64,000 nt of DNA from Pseudomonadota bacterium (GCA_018242215.1 JAFECG010000019.1:547994-611993), one strand, 5' to 3'; positions 18,264 through 28,527 are shown, counted from the first letter of the stretch. Program-made: numbers and translations. The notes: generated from the letters alone by a model not told the origin.

Positions 18264-19385
18264 ATGAGCAAGTTGATGAAGGCGATCGGGCTAATGAGCG
18301 GAACGTCGCTCGACGGCATCGATGTCGCCCTGATCGAGACGGACGGCGAAGACCATGTGGTTCGCGGACCGGCAATGACATTTCCGTACGACGATACGAT
18401 GCGTCGCATGCTTATAAATGCCATTGCGGATGCCAGAGATCTTCAGTCGCGAGACGAGCGTCCGGGCTCGTTGGCGGAAACGGAGCGTGCCCTGACCGAA
18501 CAACATGCGGTGGCGGTCGCGCAGTTTCTCAAGGACACGGGCATCGAGCGGTCGTCGGTGGAAGTCATCGGTTTTCACGGCCAAACGGTGCTCCATAAGC
18601 CGGACCGCGGACTGACCGTTCAGCTTGGCCTTGGCGATCTGCTCGCGAATTTCACCCGCCGTCCGGTTGTCTATGATCTCCGGGGCGCCGACGTGGAAGC
18701 GGGCGGCGAGGGCGCACCGCTTGTTCCGGCCTATCACAGGGCGCTCGCGGCAAAGCTGCCGCAACGTCCGATAGCGGTCGTCAATGTCGGAGGCGTCGCC
18801 AATCTCACGTGGATCGGCCAAGACAAGACGCTGATCGCGTTCGACACAGGACCGGGGAATGCGCTGATCAACGACTGGATGCTGAAGAAGGCGGGCGCCT
18901 ATCTCGATTCCGCAGGCGCCACAGCGGCGCAGGGCGCGGTCGACGAAGAGATCCTCCGCACGCTGCTGAGCCATGACTATTTTGCGGAAACGCCGCCAAA
19001 ATCACTCGACCGCAACACGTTCGCGACCGATGTCGCCGCCGGGCTCAGCGTCGAAGACGGCGCTGCGACGCTGACTGCGTTCACCGTCCGATCGATCGCG
19101 AAGGCGCGAGAGCATCTGCCGGTCGAGCCGGAACTCTGGGTGATTGCGGGTGGCGGCCGACGCAACCGGACGATCATGCGGATGATCGCGGAGCAAGTTC
19201 TGCACGCCGTCGTTCCTGCGGAAGCGGTCGGGCTTGACGGAGACAGCATGGAAGCGGAGGCATGGGCCTATCTTGCCGTTCGTTCCATCCGCGGCCTGCC
19301 GATTACATTCCCGGGAACGACAGGGGTGTCAGAACCCATGAGCGGTGGCCTCAGAGTCGATCCCACCGCTCACGTCATTCACTGA
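18264..19385 (+). CDS. anmK: Anhydro-N-acetylmuramic acid kinase
   Basis: Track ORF 17712..19385. Its first 184 codons overlap tyrS antisense, so I moved the start to ATG 18264. The N-terminus MSKLMKAIGLMSGTSLDGIDVAL is the AnmK hallmark. Confidence 0.9.
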   Translation: MSKLMKAIGLMSGTSLDGIDVALIETDGEDHVVRGPAMTFPYDDTMRRMLINAIADARDLQSRDERPGSLAETERALTEQHAVAVAQFLKDTGIERSSVEVIGFHGQTVLHKPDRGLTVQLGLGDLLANFTRRPVVYDLRGADVEAGGEGAPLVPAYHRALAAKLPQRPIAVVNVGGVANLTWIGQDKTLIAFDTGPGNALINDWMLKKAGAYLDSAGATAAQGAVDEEILRTLLSHDYFAETPPKSLDRNTFATDVAAGLSVEDGAATLTAFTVRSIAKAREHLPVEPELWVIAGGGRRNRTIMRMIAEQVLHAVVPAEAVGLDGDSMEAEAWAYLAVRSIRGLPITFPGTTGVSEPMSGGLRVDPTAHVIH

Positions 19386-19400
19386 TTGCCGGGACGGGGG

Positions 19401-20186
19401 CTATTCCTCCTCACCCTCTTCTTCACTTCCGCCAGCTGCGGCGGCCGGAGCACTTTGCGCCTCGAGACGCTCAAGCTCACGCTGACGCTGGCGTTCGCGC
19501 TCACGCTCACGCTCACGCTCCTTGTTGCGCTCACGGTCGAGCTCGAACTGCGTCATGCGCTCGTCCAGGTAGCTGCCGACGATGTTGCCGAGTTCTTCGG
19601 TCTTGTTCTCGAAGAAGTGGTTGGCGCCGGGAACGATCTCGTGGGTGATCTTGATCCCCTTCTGGACCTTCACCTTGGCCGCCATTTCGGCGACGGAGGC
19701 TGTCGGGACGACGCGGTCCATGTCGCCATTGATGATCAGCCCGGAAGCCGGGCATGGCGCCAGGAACGAAAAATCATAGAGGTTCGACGGCGGTGCGACG
19801 CAGATGAAGCCGTCGACCTCGGGCCGGCGCATCAGAAGCTGCATCGCAATCCAGGTGCCGAATGATACTCCGGCGATCCAGCAGGTCTTGGCGTCGGGTT
19901 TGACCAGCTGCAGCCAATCGAGCGCGGAAGCCGCATCGGCAAGTTCGCCCGGGCCCCCGTCCCAGACGCCCTGGCTGCGGCCAACGCCCCGGAAATTGAA
20001 GCGGAGCACCGAAAATCCCCGGGCCGCAAAGGTGTGGTACAGATTATAGACCACCTGGTTGTTCATCGTGCCGCCGAACTGCGGATGCGGGTGCAGGATG
20101 AGCGCGATCGGGCTGTCGCTGTTGCTTTCGTGGTGGTAACGGGCCTCAAGGCGTCCGCCTGGGCCGTTTATTATGAGTTCGGGCAT
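19401..20186 (-). CDS. Alpha/beta hydrolase (COG2945-like) with a Glu/Arg repeat tail
   Basis: The product reads LILHPHPQFGGTMNNQVVY...FNFRGVGRSQG...WIAGVSFGT (nucleophile elbow). The C-terminal tail is DRERNKERERERERERQRQRELERLEA...EEEGEEE. Confidence 0.75.
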   Translation of the reverse strand: MPELIINGPGGRLEARYHHESNSDSPIALILHPHPQFGGTMNNQVVYNLYHTFAARGFSVLRFNFRGVGRSQGVWDGGPGELADAASALDWLQLVKPDAKTCWIAGVSFGTWIAMQLLMRRPEVDGFICVAPPSNLYDFSFLAPCPASGLIINGDMDRVVPTASVAEMAAKVKVQKGIKITHEIVPGANHFFENKTEELGNIVGSYLDERMTQFELDRERNKERERERERERQRQRELERLEAQSAPAAAAGGSEEEGEEE

Positions 20187-20292
20187 CAGAAGATCTCGGT
20201 TTTTGTTCGTGTGGGTATGGCTCTAGGCACTTTCATCGGCCCGCCTGCGACCTTTCGGCCTTCAAATCCTTGTGGGTCGAATTCTCAATCCT

Positions 20293-20307
20293 TGACTCCG
20301 GCACTCA
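20293..20307 (+). promoter_or_regulatory. IRO-like motif TGA-N9-TCA overlapping a CTTGAC -35-like hexamer
   Basis: The sequence is tgactccggcactca. CTTGAC lies at 20291-20296, with CCATAA 17 nt downstream as a possible -10. The motif has low information content, so a chance occurrence is plausible. Confidence 0.3.
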
Positions 20308-20320
20308 GGATTTCCATAAC

Positions 20321-20337
20321 TTTAGAACCGTTCGAAA
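20321..20337 (+). promoter_or_regulatory. ICE-like (Irr iron control element) motif upstream of the suf operon
   Basis: The sequence tttagaa-ccg-ttcgaaa matches the ICE consensus TTTAGAA-N3-TTCTAAA at 13 of 14 specified positions. It lies about 140 nt upstream of the operon start, just after the putative -10. Confidence 0.5.
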
Positions 20338-20479
20338 TGTAGGGACTGTCTTCGGTTACGAAGAGCCCTGCTGGCAGGGCGGCTCTCTTAGCACAGTCCG
20401 GGGTGCCGGATGCAAGCTAAGGATGCATGTGTTTGGATTCCGCCGCCATTTGGGGCGACGACAGTCCGGGGATTGAAAC

Positions 20480-22057
20480 GTGGAATTGACGACCAAAGGC
20501 CGGTACGCGGTCATGGCGATGGCGGATCTCGCCGGTCATGCCGACGAAAGTGCGATACCTTTGTCCGTCGTGGCTGAACGGCAAAGCCTGCCGCTCGCCT
20601 ATCTCGAACAGATTTTCGTTCCGTTGCGGCGGGCGGGCCTCGTGGAGAGCGCTCGCGGGCGTTCGGGCGGATACCGCCTTGCAAAACCGGCCAGCAAAAT
20701 TTCCGTAGCCGACGTGATGGACGCAGTCGAAGAGGACACGCGGTTCACCCGGTGCTCTCATAACGATCCGCGCTGCTCGGCGGCGACCCCCTGCGTAACG
20801 CATGGTCTCTGGAATGCGCTGAGCGAGGCGACAAGCGAGTTTTTATCCTCGATCAGCTTGGCTGACGTCGTCGCAGGCGGGCGATATGCGGCGCGTCCCG
20901 TCCGGCAGACTTCTTTCGCTTCTACCGGGTCGACGCTTCGCCGCACGTACCTCGATTACAACGCCACGGCGCCGCTTCGGCCGGAAGCCAAGGCTGCCAT
21001 GATCGCGGCATTGGACGTCGTCGGCAATCCGTCATCGGTGCATGCCGAGGGACGCCGTGCTCGCTCGATCGTCGAAAGCGCGCGCGAAAGCGTAGCGCGT
21101 CTGGTCGGTGCGAAACCCTCCGAGATCGTTTTCACCAGCGGCGCGAGCGAGGCCAACACCTGGGTTCTGTCGCAGCCGTGGGCGACCATCCTGACGAGCG
21201 GCATCGAGCATGAGTCCGTTCTGGCGCCGGCGCGGGCATCACAGGGGGAGCTGGTCTTGCTGCCGGTCGGCTCTGACGGCCGCGTCAATGTCGAGGAGGT
21301 CGCGGCGTTATTGGAGTCGCGCACCTTTACTGCTCCCGCGGTTATCGCCGTGCAGATGGCCAACAATGAAACGGGTGTTATCCAGCCCGTGGCCGAGATC
21401 TCGGCACTTGCCCGCACGCACGACATCAAAATGCACGTCGACGCCGTGCAGGCGGCAGGTCGAATGCCGATCGATTTTACCGCCCTTGGTGTCGATACGC
21501 TTGCAATTTCGGCGCACAAATTTGGCGGCCCGAAAGGGGTTGGCGCGCTCGTCAATCGTGACCATTTTGACCTTGTGCCGCTGATCAGAGGTGGTGGCCA
21601 GGAACGCCGGCGACGGGCCGGAACTGAGAATATTCCTGCGATCGCAGGTTTCGGAGCGGCCGCCAAAGCGTCGCTTAACGATGTGCCGGTGGTCGATGCG
21701 GTCGGTTTTCTGCGGGACGAACTCGAGACGGAACTCAAGCGGATCAGCCCGAATGCAGTGATCGTCGGCGAAGGTGCACCGCGTCTTGCAAATACGACGG
21801 CCGTGGCGCTTCCGGGCAAGCTTGCCGAGACTCTCGTCATTCGGCTGGATCTCGCAGGCATCGCGGTCAGCGCGGGTTCGGCCTGCTCGTCGGGCAAAGT
21901 CGGCGCGAGCCATGTTCTGGAGGCGATGGGCTTCGGCCCCGACATCGCGGCGAGCACGATCCGCATCAGTCTCGGACCGACGACCACAAAGGACGACATC
22001 GCGGCGTTTCTCGCTGTGTGGAAGACGATTGCGGGTGCGCCGGCGCTCGCGGCTTAA
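20480..22057 (+). CDS. Rrf2-family (IscR/RirA-like) regulator fused in frame to an NifS/IscS-type cysteine desulfurase
   Basis: This is a single 525-aa ORF with a GTG start. Residues 1 to about 140 read MELTTKGRYAVMAMADLA...SGGYRLAKP, the wHTH of Rrf2. The putative Fe-S ligand cluster is C-SHNDPR-C-SAATP-C. From about residue 160 the ORF reads YLDYNATAPLRPEAKAAM...SAHKFGGPKGVGAL (PLP lysine)...SAGSACSSG (catalytic Cys loop). I checked codon by codon across 20879-20960: there is no stop and no in-frame ATG/GTG/TTG in the ~20-aa linker. Confidence 0.75.
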   Translation: MELTTKGRYAVMAMADLAGHADESAIPLSVVAERQSLPLAYLEQIFVPLRRAGLVESARGRSGGYRLAKPASKISVADVMDAVEEDTRFTRCSHNDPRCSAATPCVTHGLWNALSEATSEFLSSISLADVVAGGRYAARPVRQTSFASTGSTLRRTYLDYNATAPLRPEAKAAMIAALDVVGNPSSVHAEGRRARSIVESARESVARLVGAKPSEIVFTSGASEANTWVLSQPWATILTSGIEHESVLAPARASQGELVLLPVGSDGRVNVEEVAALLESRTFTAPAVIAVQMANNETGVIQPVAEISALARTHDIKMHVDAVQAAGRMPIDFTALGVDTLAISAHKFGGPKGVGALVNRDHFDLVPLIRGGGQERRRRAGTENIPAIAGFGAAAKASLNDVPVVDAVGFLRDELETELKRISPNAVIVGEGAPRLANTTAVALPGKLAETLVIRLDLAGIAVSAGSACSSGKVGASHVLEAMGFGPDIAASTIRISLGPTTTKDDIAAFLAVWKTIAGAPALAA

Positions 22058-22114
22058 AAGATCAGGTTCAAAGGTGCGGCCGAGAGGCGGCGCGTAAGGA
22101 AGAGAGACGAGGAA

Positions 22115-23584
<1,470 letters not shown>

Positions 23585-23644
23585 CGAAGGTTGTTGGTAT
23601 GCGTGTTTCGCTATGTGCGCGTTGTCGTTCTAGGAAACACACAC

Positions 23645-24010
23645 ATGGTCACGGACACAGAGATTTTGGACGGAGCTTTGCAAATTGGACTGAGAGATCT
23701 GGTGCGCGCAAACCGCGATATGGGTCTATCAACCTATGAGGAGCAAGGAGCATTCTATGTCGTTCGCGGTAAGAGCGTCATATGTCAGATTTCTCCCCAT
23801 TATAAGGGCTTTTTCGCTCGCATTTTTGAATGGTGGAGAATCCCAGACGAATTTCGTTTACGCGGACTGAGCGTCAATGTGGATGATACTTCGAAGCACG
23901 CGCGGTTCGTGAAGAGAAATCCAAAATGCGTCGGTGACGTGGAGCGAGTAGTAGATAACTGTCTGGCCGCGTATCGGAAGGCGAAGTTTGAGAAAGAGGA
24001 AGAGGTTTGA
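23645..24010 (+). CDS. Hypothetical protein (121 aa) inserted between sufB and sufC
   Basis: Track ORF 23591..24010. The ATG at 23645 is preceded by AGGAAA. The product MVTDTEILDGALQIGLRDLV...ISPHYKGFFARIFEWWRIPDEF...CLAAYRKAKFEKEEEV matches no family I recognise. Local GC is lower: 29 G+C in 23761-23820 against 35 in 23401-23460 of sufB. Confidence 0.5.
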   Translation: MVTDTEILDGALQIGLRDLVRANRDMGLSTYEEQGAFYVVRGKSVICQISPHYKGFFARIFEWWRIPDEFRLRGLSVNVDDTSKHARFVKRNPKCVGDVERVVDNCLAAYRKAKFEKEEEV

Positions 24011-24027
24011 GTCCTCGGAGTTGAGAA

Positions 24028-24783
24028 ATGCTTGAAATCAAAAATCTGCACGTGAAGCTCGCGGACGAGGATCGGGAGATCCTCAAAGGCCTGTCGCTGA
24101 CGGTGCCGAAGGGCGAAGTGCACGCGATCATGGGGCCGAACGGATCGGGCAAGTCGACGCTCGCGTATGTGCTCGCAGGACGCGACGGCTATGAAGTGAC
24201 CGACGGCGACATCCTGTGGAACGGTGAATCTCTTATCGACATGGAGCCGGACGAACGCGCGGCGAAAGGTGTGTTCCTCGCGTTTCAATATCCGATGGAG
24301 ATTCCAGGTGTCGCGGGCCTTACGTTCCTGCGCACCGCGCTCAATTCCGTGCGCAAGAAGCGCGGCGAAGCGGAACTCACGACGCCTGCCTTCCTCAAGC
24401 TCGCCAAGGAGAAGGGTGAAAAACTCAATATCGACATCGAGATGCTGAAGCGTCCCGTGAACGTCGGCTTCTCGGGCGGCGAGAAAAAGCGCTCGGAAAT
24501 TCTGCAAATGGCGCTGCTGGAGCCGACGCTGTGCGTGCTCGATGAAACCGATTCCGGCCTCGACATCGACGCACTGCGGATCGTGTCGGAAGGCGTGAAC
24601 GCTTTGCGCGACAAGGATCGCGCGTTCGTCGTCATAACGCACTATCAGCGGCTGTTGAATTACATCGTGCCGGACAAGGTGCACGTGCTGGCCGACGGCC
24701 GGATTCAGAAGACGGGCGGCAAGGACTTGGCGCTCGAACTCGAGAAATCAGGCTACGCGGAATATACCCATAAGGCGGCCTAG
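24028..24783 (+). CDS. sufC: Fe-S cluster assembly ATPase SufC
   Basis: The motifs are Walker A GPNGSGKST, ABC signature FSGGEKKR and Walker B LCVLDETDSGLD. Confidence 0.95.
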   Translation: MLEIKNLHVKLADEDREILKGLSLTVPKGEVHAIMGPNGSGKSTLAYVLAGRDGYEVTDGDILWNGESLIDMEPDERAAKGVFLAFQYPMEIPGVAGLTFLRTALNSVRKKRGEAELTTPAFLKLAKEKGEKLNIDIEMLKRPVNVGFSGGEKKRSEILQMALLEPTLCVLDETDSGLDIDALRIVSEGVNALRDKDRAFVVITHYQRLLNYIVPDKVHVLADGRIQKTGGKDLALELEKSGYAEYTHKAA

Positions 24784-24791
24784 AGGAAATT

Positions 24792-24908
24792 CCCTCTCCC
24801 CATGCCTCTAAAGCATGGGGAGAGGGTTAGGGTGAGGGGCTGAGGCTGGCGCCGGAATTTGTGGCCGCCCCTCACCCCAACCCTCTCCCCGTAAAGACGG
24901 GGCGAGGG
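24792..24908. repeat. REP-like composite palindromic element (three hairpins) in the sufC-sufD spacer
   Basis: Hairpin 1 is ccctctccccatgc(24792-24805)/gcatggggagaggg(24813-24826). Hairpin 2 is gggtgaggggc(24830-24840)/gcccctcaccc(24867-24877). Hairpin 3 is ccctctccccg(24881-24891)/cggggcgaggg(24898-24908). Hairpins 1 and 3 share the CCCTCTCCCC arm. Confidence 0.75.
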
Positions 24909-24922
24909 AGAAAGGGATCGAG

Positions 24923-26260
24923 ATGAATGTTGCAGTGATGAAGACGAAGGCCGAGCAGGCCATTTCGGAAAGCTTCGAGGCCGTCGCCGAAAAACTTCCG
25001 GGAAGTGCTGCCGTCAAAGCGCGTCGTGCGCAGGCGATCGGCGCGTTCAGCGGACTTGGGCTGCCGCATCGGCGCATCGAGGAATGGAAATACACCGACC
25101 TTCGCGTCAACGTGAAAGAGGTGCTGGCGCCGTCTGTCGAAGACGAGACACCAGTGACAATTGCTGAGCTGCTGGTCGCGCTCGGGCCCATGGCGCACGT
25201 CGATGGGCATCGGTTCGTGTTCGTCAACGGGCATCATCGCGCCGAACTCGACGATGTCGCCGACGCAGGCGGGCTCAAGATTGCAGCAGTGGGTGAATTG
25301 CTGGCGTCGGCTACCGAGGACCTGAGCGCGACGCTAGCTGCGACGCCCGAGGGTGGCGATGCGGTCGAAGCACTCAATACGGCTTTCATGACCGACGGCG
25401 CTGCCGTTCGTGTCGCCGAGGGCGCATCGGTTACGAAACCGCTGATGATCGTCTTCGTTCGTGCGGGCTCTCAAGCCTCATCGGTGACTGTCCGCAATTT
25501 CGTGACAGTCGAGGCTGGTGCGACCGCGACGGTCATCGAAGCGCACGTCGTCCTGCCGGGCGCGTCCCCTGACGTTCAGCTCAATGCTTTGACGGAAGTG
25601 ACGGTCGGCAAGGGGGCGACGCTGCATCATGCCAAGGTGGCTGTCGACGAGGGCAAGGCGCTCCATCTTTCCAACTGCGACGTGACGCTCGACGCCGATG
25701 CAACCTATCGCAACTTCCAATTCTCGGCAGGTCTCGGTCTCGCGAGGAACGGGCTCAATATCATTTTCGAAGGCGAGGGCAGCAAGATCGACATTTCGGG
25801 CGCGTATCTTGCTCGCCATTCCGAGCATATCGACACAACCCTCGTCGTCGATCATGCCGTGCCACGCTGCGAGAGCCGGGAACTGTTCAAGGGCGTGATC
25901 GACGGCCACGGCCGTGGGGTGTTTCAGGGCAAGATTATCGTCCGGCCCGACGCGCAGAAGACCGACGGCAAGCAGATGTCGCAGGCTCTGATGCTTACGG
26001 AGGATGCGGAGTTCGATTCGAAACCCGAACTCGAGATTTTTGCGGACGATGTCGTCTGTGGCCACGGTACGACGGCCGCCGAACTCGATCCCGACCTGCT
26101 TTTCTATTGCCGGTCGCGCGGCATTCCCGAAAAGGAAGCCCGCGCGCTGATGATCGAATCCTTTATTGGTGAAGCCATCGAGAAGGTGGAAAACGAGCCG
26201 CTTCGGGACGCGCTGGCTGCTTATGCCATGCAGTGGCTCGGGCACTCCCCGCGCGGATAG
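24923..26260 (+). CDS. sufD: Fe-S cluster assembly protein SufD
   Basis: The 445-aa product has the SufBD-fold C-terminal region (TLVVDHAVPRCESRELFKGVIDGHGRGVFQGKIIVRPDAQKTDGKQ). Its position after sufC is canonical. Confidence 0.9.
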   Translation: MNVAVMKTKAEQAISESFEAVAEKLPGSAAVKARRAQAIGAFSGLGLPHRRIEEWKYTDLRVNVKEVLAPSVEDETPVTIAELLVALGPMAHVDGHRFVFVNGHHRAELDDVADAGGLKIAAVGELLASATEDLSATLAATPEGGDAVEALNTAFMTDGAAVRVAEGASVTKPLMIVFVRAGSQASSVTVRNFVTVEAGATATVIEAHVVLPGASPDVQLNALTEVTVGKGATLHHAKVAVDEGKALHLSNCDVTLDADATYRNFQFSAGLGLARNGLNIIFEGEGSKIDISGAYLARHSEHIDTTLVVDHAVPRCESRELFKGVIDGHGRGVFQGKIIVRPDAQKTDGKQMSQALMLTEDAEFDSKPELEIFADDVVCGHGTTAAELDPDLLFYCRSRGIPEKEARALMIESFIGEAIEKVENEPLRDALAAYAMQWLGHSPRG

Positions 26261-26265
26261 ATATC

Positions 26266-27549
26266 ATGGGACGTGAAGCAAACATCGCCGTCGCACGGAG
26301 CACCGCATCGCAGGCCGGCCTGACGGGCGCGCCCTATGATGTCGAGCGCATTCGGGCGGATTTCCCGATTCTGTTTCGCGAGGTCAATGATAAGCCACTG
26401 GTCTATCTCGATAACGGGGCTTCGGCACAGAAGCCGCTTCCCGTCATCGAGGCAATGGATCACGCGTATCGGTTCGAATATGCGAACGTCCACCGCGGGC
26501 TGCACTATCTGTCGAACACCGCGACCGATCGTTACGAAGCAGCGCGCGAGACCGTGCGGCGTTTCCTCAATGCCGAATACGCGGATGAAATCATTTTTAC
26601 CCGGAACGCGACGAGCGCGATCAATCTCGTTTCGAGGTCGTTCGGGGAGCCTCGGATCGGCGCGGGCGACGAGATCGTCATCACGATCATGGAGCACCAC
26701 GCCAACATCGTGCCCTGGCATTTCCTGAGATCGCGGAACGGCGCGGTTCTGAAGTGGGCGCCGATGACGGATCGCGGCGAACTGATGCTCGACAAGCTCG
26801 ACAGCCTGATCACGAAGCGGACCAAGCTCGTTGCCGTCACGCACATGTCAAACGTGCTCGGCACGATCAATCCGGTGAAGGACATCATCCGGATGGCACA
26901 CGCGAAAGGCGTGCCGGTGCTGGTCGACGGCAGCCAGGCGGCCGTTCACATGGGCGTCGATGTCCGCGATCTCGATGCCGATTTCTATGTCTTTACCGGC
27001 CACAAGACCTACGGGCCGACAGGCATCGGTGTGCTTTATGCCAAGCGCCAATTGCTGCAATCTATGCCGCCTTACGAAGGCGGCGGGGACATGATCGAAA
27101 GCGTAACGCTCGAGAACGTCACGTACAACGAGCCTCCGCACCGGTTCGAGGCCGGAACGCCGATGATCGTCGAGGCGGTAGGTTTAGGCGCGGCGCTCAA
27201 TTACATGATGCAGATCGGGCGCGAAAAGATTGCGCGTTATGAAGCGGAGCTTGGTTCTTACGCGGCAGAGCGGCTGGCGGAGCTGCCCTGGCTCAAGCTT
27301 TATGGAACGGCGCCGGGGAAAGGCGCGATTTTTTCGTTCACCGTCGATGGGCTTCATCCTCACGACGTCTCAACGATCATCGATCGCTCTGGTGTGGCGA
27401 TCCGCGCAGGGCACCACTGCGCGCAGCCCCTGATGGAACGCCTGGGCGTAACTGCAACCTGTCGCGCGTCCTTCGCGTTGTACAACACAAAAGCCGAGGC
27501 CGATGCGCTCGTTGTCGCGCTCACCAAAGCCCATGATCTGTTCGCGTAA
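26266..27549 (+). CDS. sufS: Cysteine desulfurase SufS (group II)
   Basis: Track ORF 26233..27549, with the start moved to ATG 26266, just after the sufD stop. The PLP lysine is in FTGHKTYGPTGIG and the active-site loop is RAGHHCAQPL. Confidence 0.9.
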   Translation: MGREANIAVARSTASQAGLTGAPYDVERIRADFPILFREVNDKPLVYLDNGASAQKPLPVIEAMDHAYRFEYANVHRGLHYLSNTATDRYEAARETVRRFLNAEYADEIIFTRNATSAINLVSRSFGEPRIGAGDEIVITIMEHHANIVPWHFLRSRNGAVLKWAPMTDRGELMLDKLDSLITKRTKLVAVTHMSNVLGTINPVKDIIRMAHAKGVPVLVDGSQAAVHMGVDVRDLDADFYVFTGHKTYGPTGIGVLYAKRQLLQSMPPYEGGGDMIESVTLENVTYNEPPHRFEAGTPMIVEAVGLGAALNYMMQIGREKIARYEAELGSYAAERLAELPWLKLYGTAPGKGAIFSFTVDGLHPHDVSTIIDRSGVAIRAGHHCAQPLMERLGVTATCRASFALYNTKAEADALVVALTKAHDLFA

Positions 27550-27560
27550 GGAGCTTCCAC

Positions 27561-28046
27561 ATGGATGACAGGAAGCAAGTCGAGGATCGCGATGTGCTGA
27601 AGACGGCTGTGGAGGCGCTCGACGCGCCGGCGCCGGTCCCCCCTGACGGCGGGATTGCTCCGGACCCGGCGCCGAATATCGCCACATCCGATGAGCAGCC
27701 GAAGCCTGACGGGAACGCCTCATCGTTGCCGCCTGAAGAAATCGAACGGTTGACGACCGACATTATCGCGGCGCTTAAAACAGTATACGATCCGGAAATT
27801 CCGGCAGACATCTACGAGCTCGGGTTGATCTACAAGGTCGAGGTCGATGACGACCGCAACGTGGCCATCAACATGACATTGACGGCACCGGGTTGCCCCG
27901 TCGCCGGCGAAATGCCGGTGTGGGTGGAGAACGCGGTCAATGCCGTGCCGGGCGTCGCGGGGACCAAGGTCAATATCGTGTTTGATCCGCCCTGGGATCA
28001 AAGCCGCATGTCGGATGAAGCGCGCCTCGCCGTAGGCATGTTTTGA
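27561..28046 (+). CDS. DUF59 / SufT-like Fe-S assembly protein
   Basis: The core is IIAALKTVYDPEIPADIYELGLIYKVEV...MTLTAPGCPVAGEM, preceded by a Pro/Asp-rich N-terminal extension. Confidence 0.8.
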   Translation: MDDRKQVEDRDVLKTAVEALDAPAPVPPDGGIAPDPAPNIATSDEQPKPDGNASSLPPEEIERLTTDIIAALKTVYDPEIPADIYELGLIYKVEVDDDRNVAINMTLTAPGCPVAGEMPVWVENAVNAVPGVAGTKVNIVFDPPWDQSRMSDEARLAVGMF

Positions 28047-28135
28047 GGGACCCTCGCTTTTGCGCGCCGAATTCCCATATAATTTCTGCCAAGTCACGAT
28101 TCAGAGCCACGGAGGCGCGCGTGCCCTCGCTTAGA

Positions 28136-28504
28136 ATGATGCCAAAAGTCATGACCCTAACCGACGCCGCGGCGGCTCGGATTTCTGCTCTTCTCGCGCA
28201 GAAACCGGGCGTCAAAGCTCTGAAGATCGGGATCAAGAAGGGCGGCTGCGCCGGCATGGAATACACCATGACGTGGGCGGAAGAGATCGGCAAATTCGAC
28301 GAAATCATCGAGGACAAAGGCGCGGTCGTGCTGATCGATCCCGCGGCGATCATGTATCTGATCGGCACGGAGATGGACTACAAAACCGACAAGCTGTCAT
28401 CGCAGTTCGTGTTCAATAATCCGAACCAGAAGAGCGCCTGCGGGTGCGGTGAGAGCGTCAACCTCGAACCGGCGACGCCGGAAGGCTTTGCGCCCGCCGA
28501 GTGA
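28136..28504 (+). CDS. HesB/IscA-family Fe-S carrier (SufA-like)
   Basis: Track ORF 28043..28504, with the start moved to ATG 28136. It contains GGCAGMEY and the C-terminal CGCGES ligand motif. Confidence 0.85.
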   Translation: MMPKVMTLTDAAAARISALLAQKPGVKALKIGIKKGGCAGMEYTMTWAEEIGKFDEIIEDKGAVVLIDPAAIMYLIGTEMDYKTDKLSSQFVFNNPNQKSACGCGESVNLEPATPEGFAPAE

Positions 28505-28527
28505 CAGGGTTTGCGGAGCCGTCCGCA

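Noticed and set aside
19470-19545. Short tandem repeat (CTCACG-like units) that might have been a CRISPR or VNTR locus.
   Set aside because: The units are 6 nt, contiguous and in frame inside a CDS (the Glu/Arg tail). There are no spacers and no cas genes.
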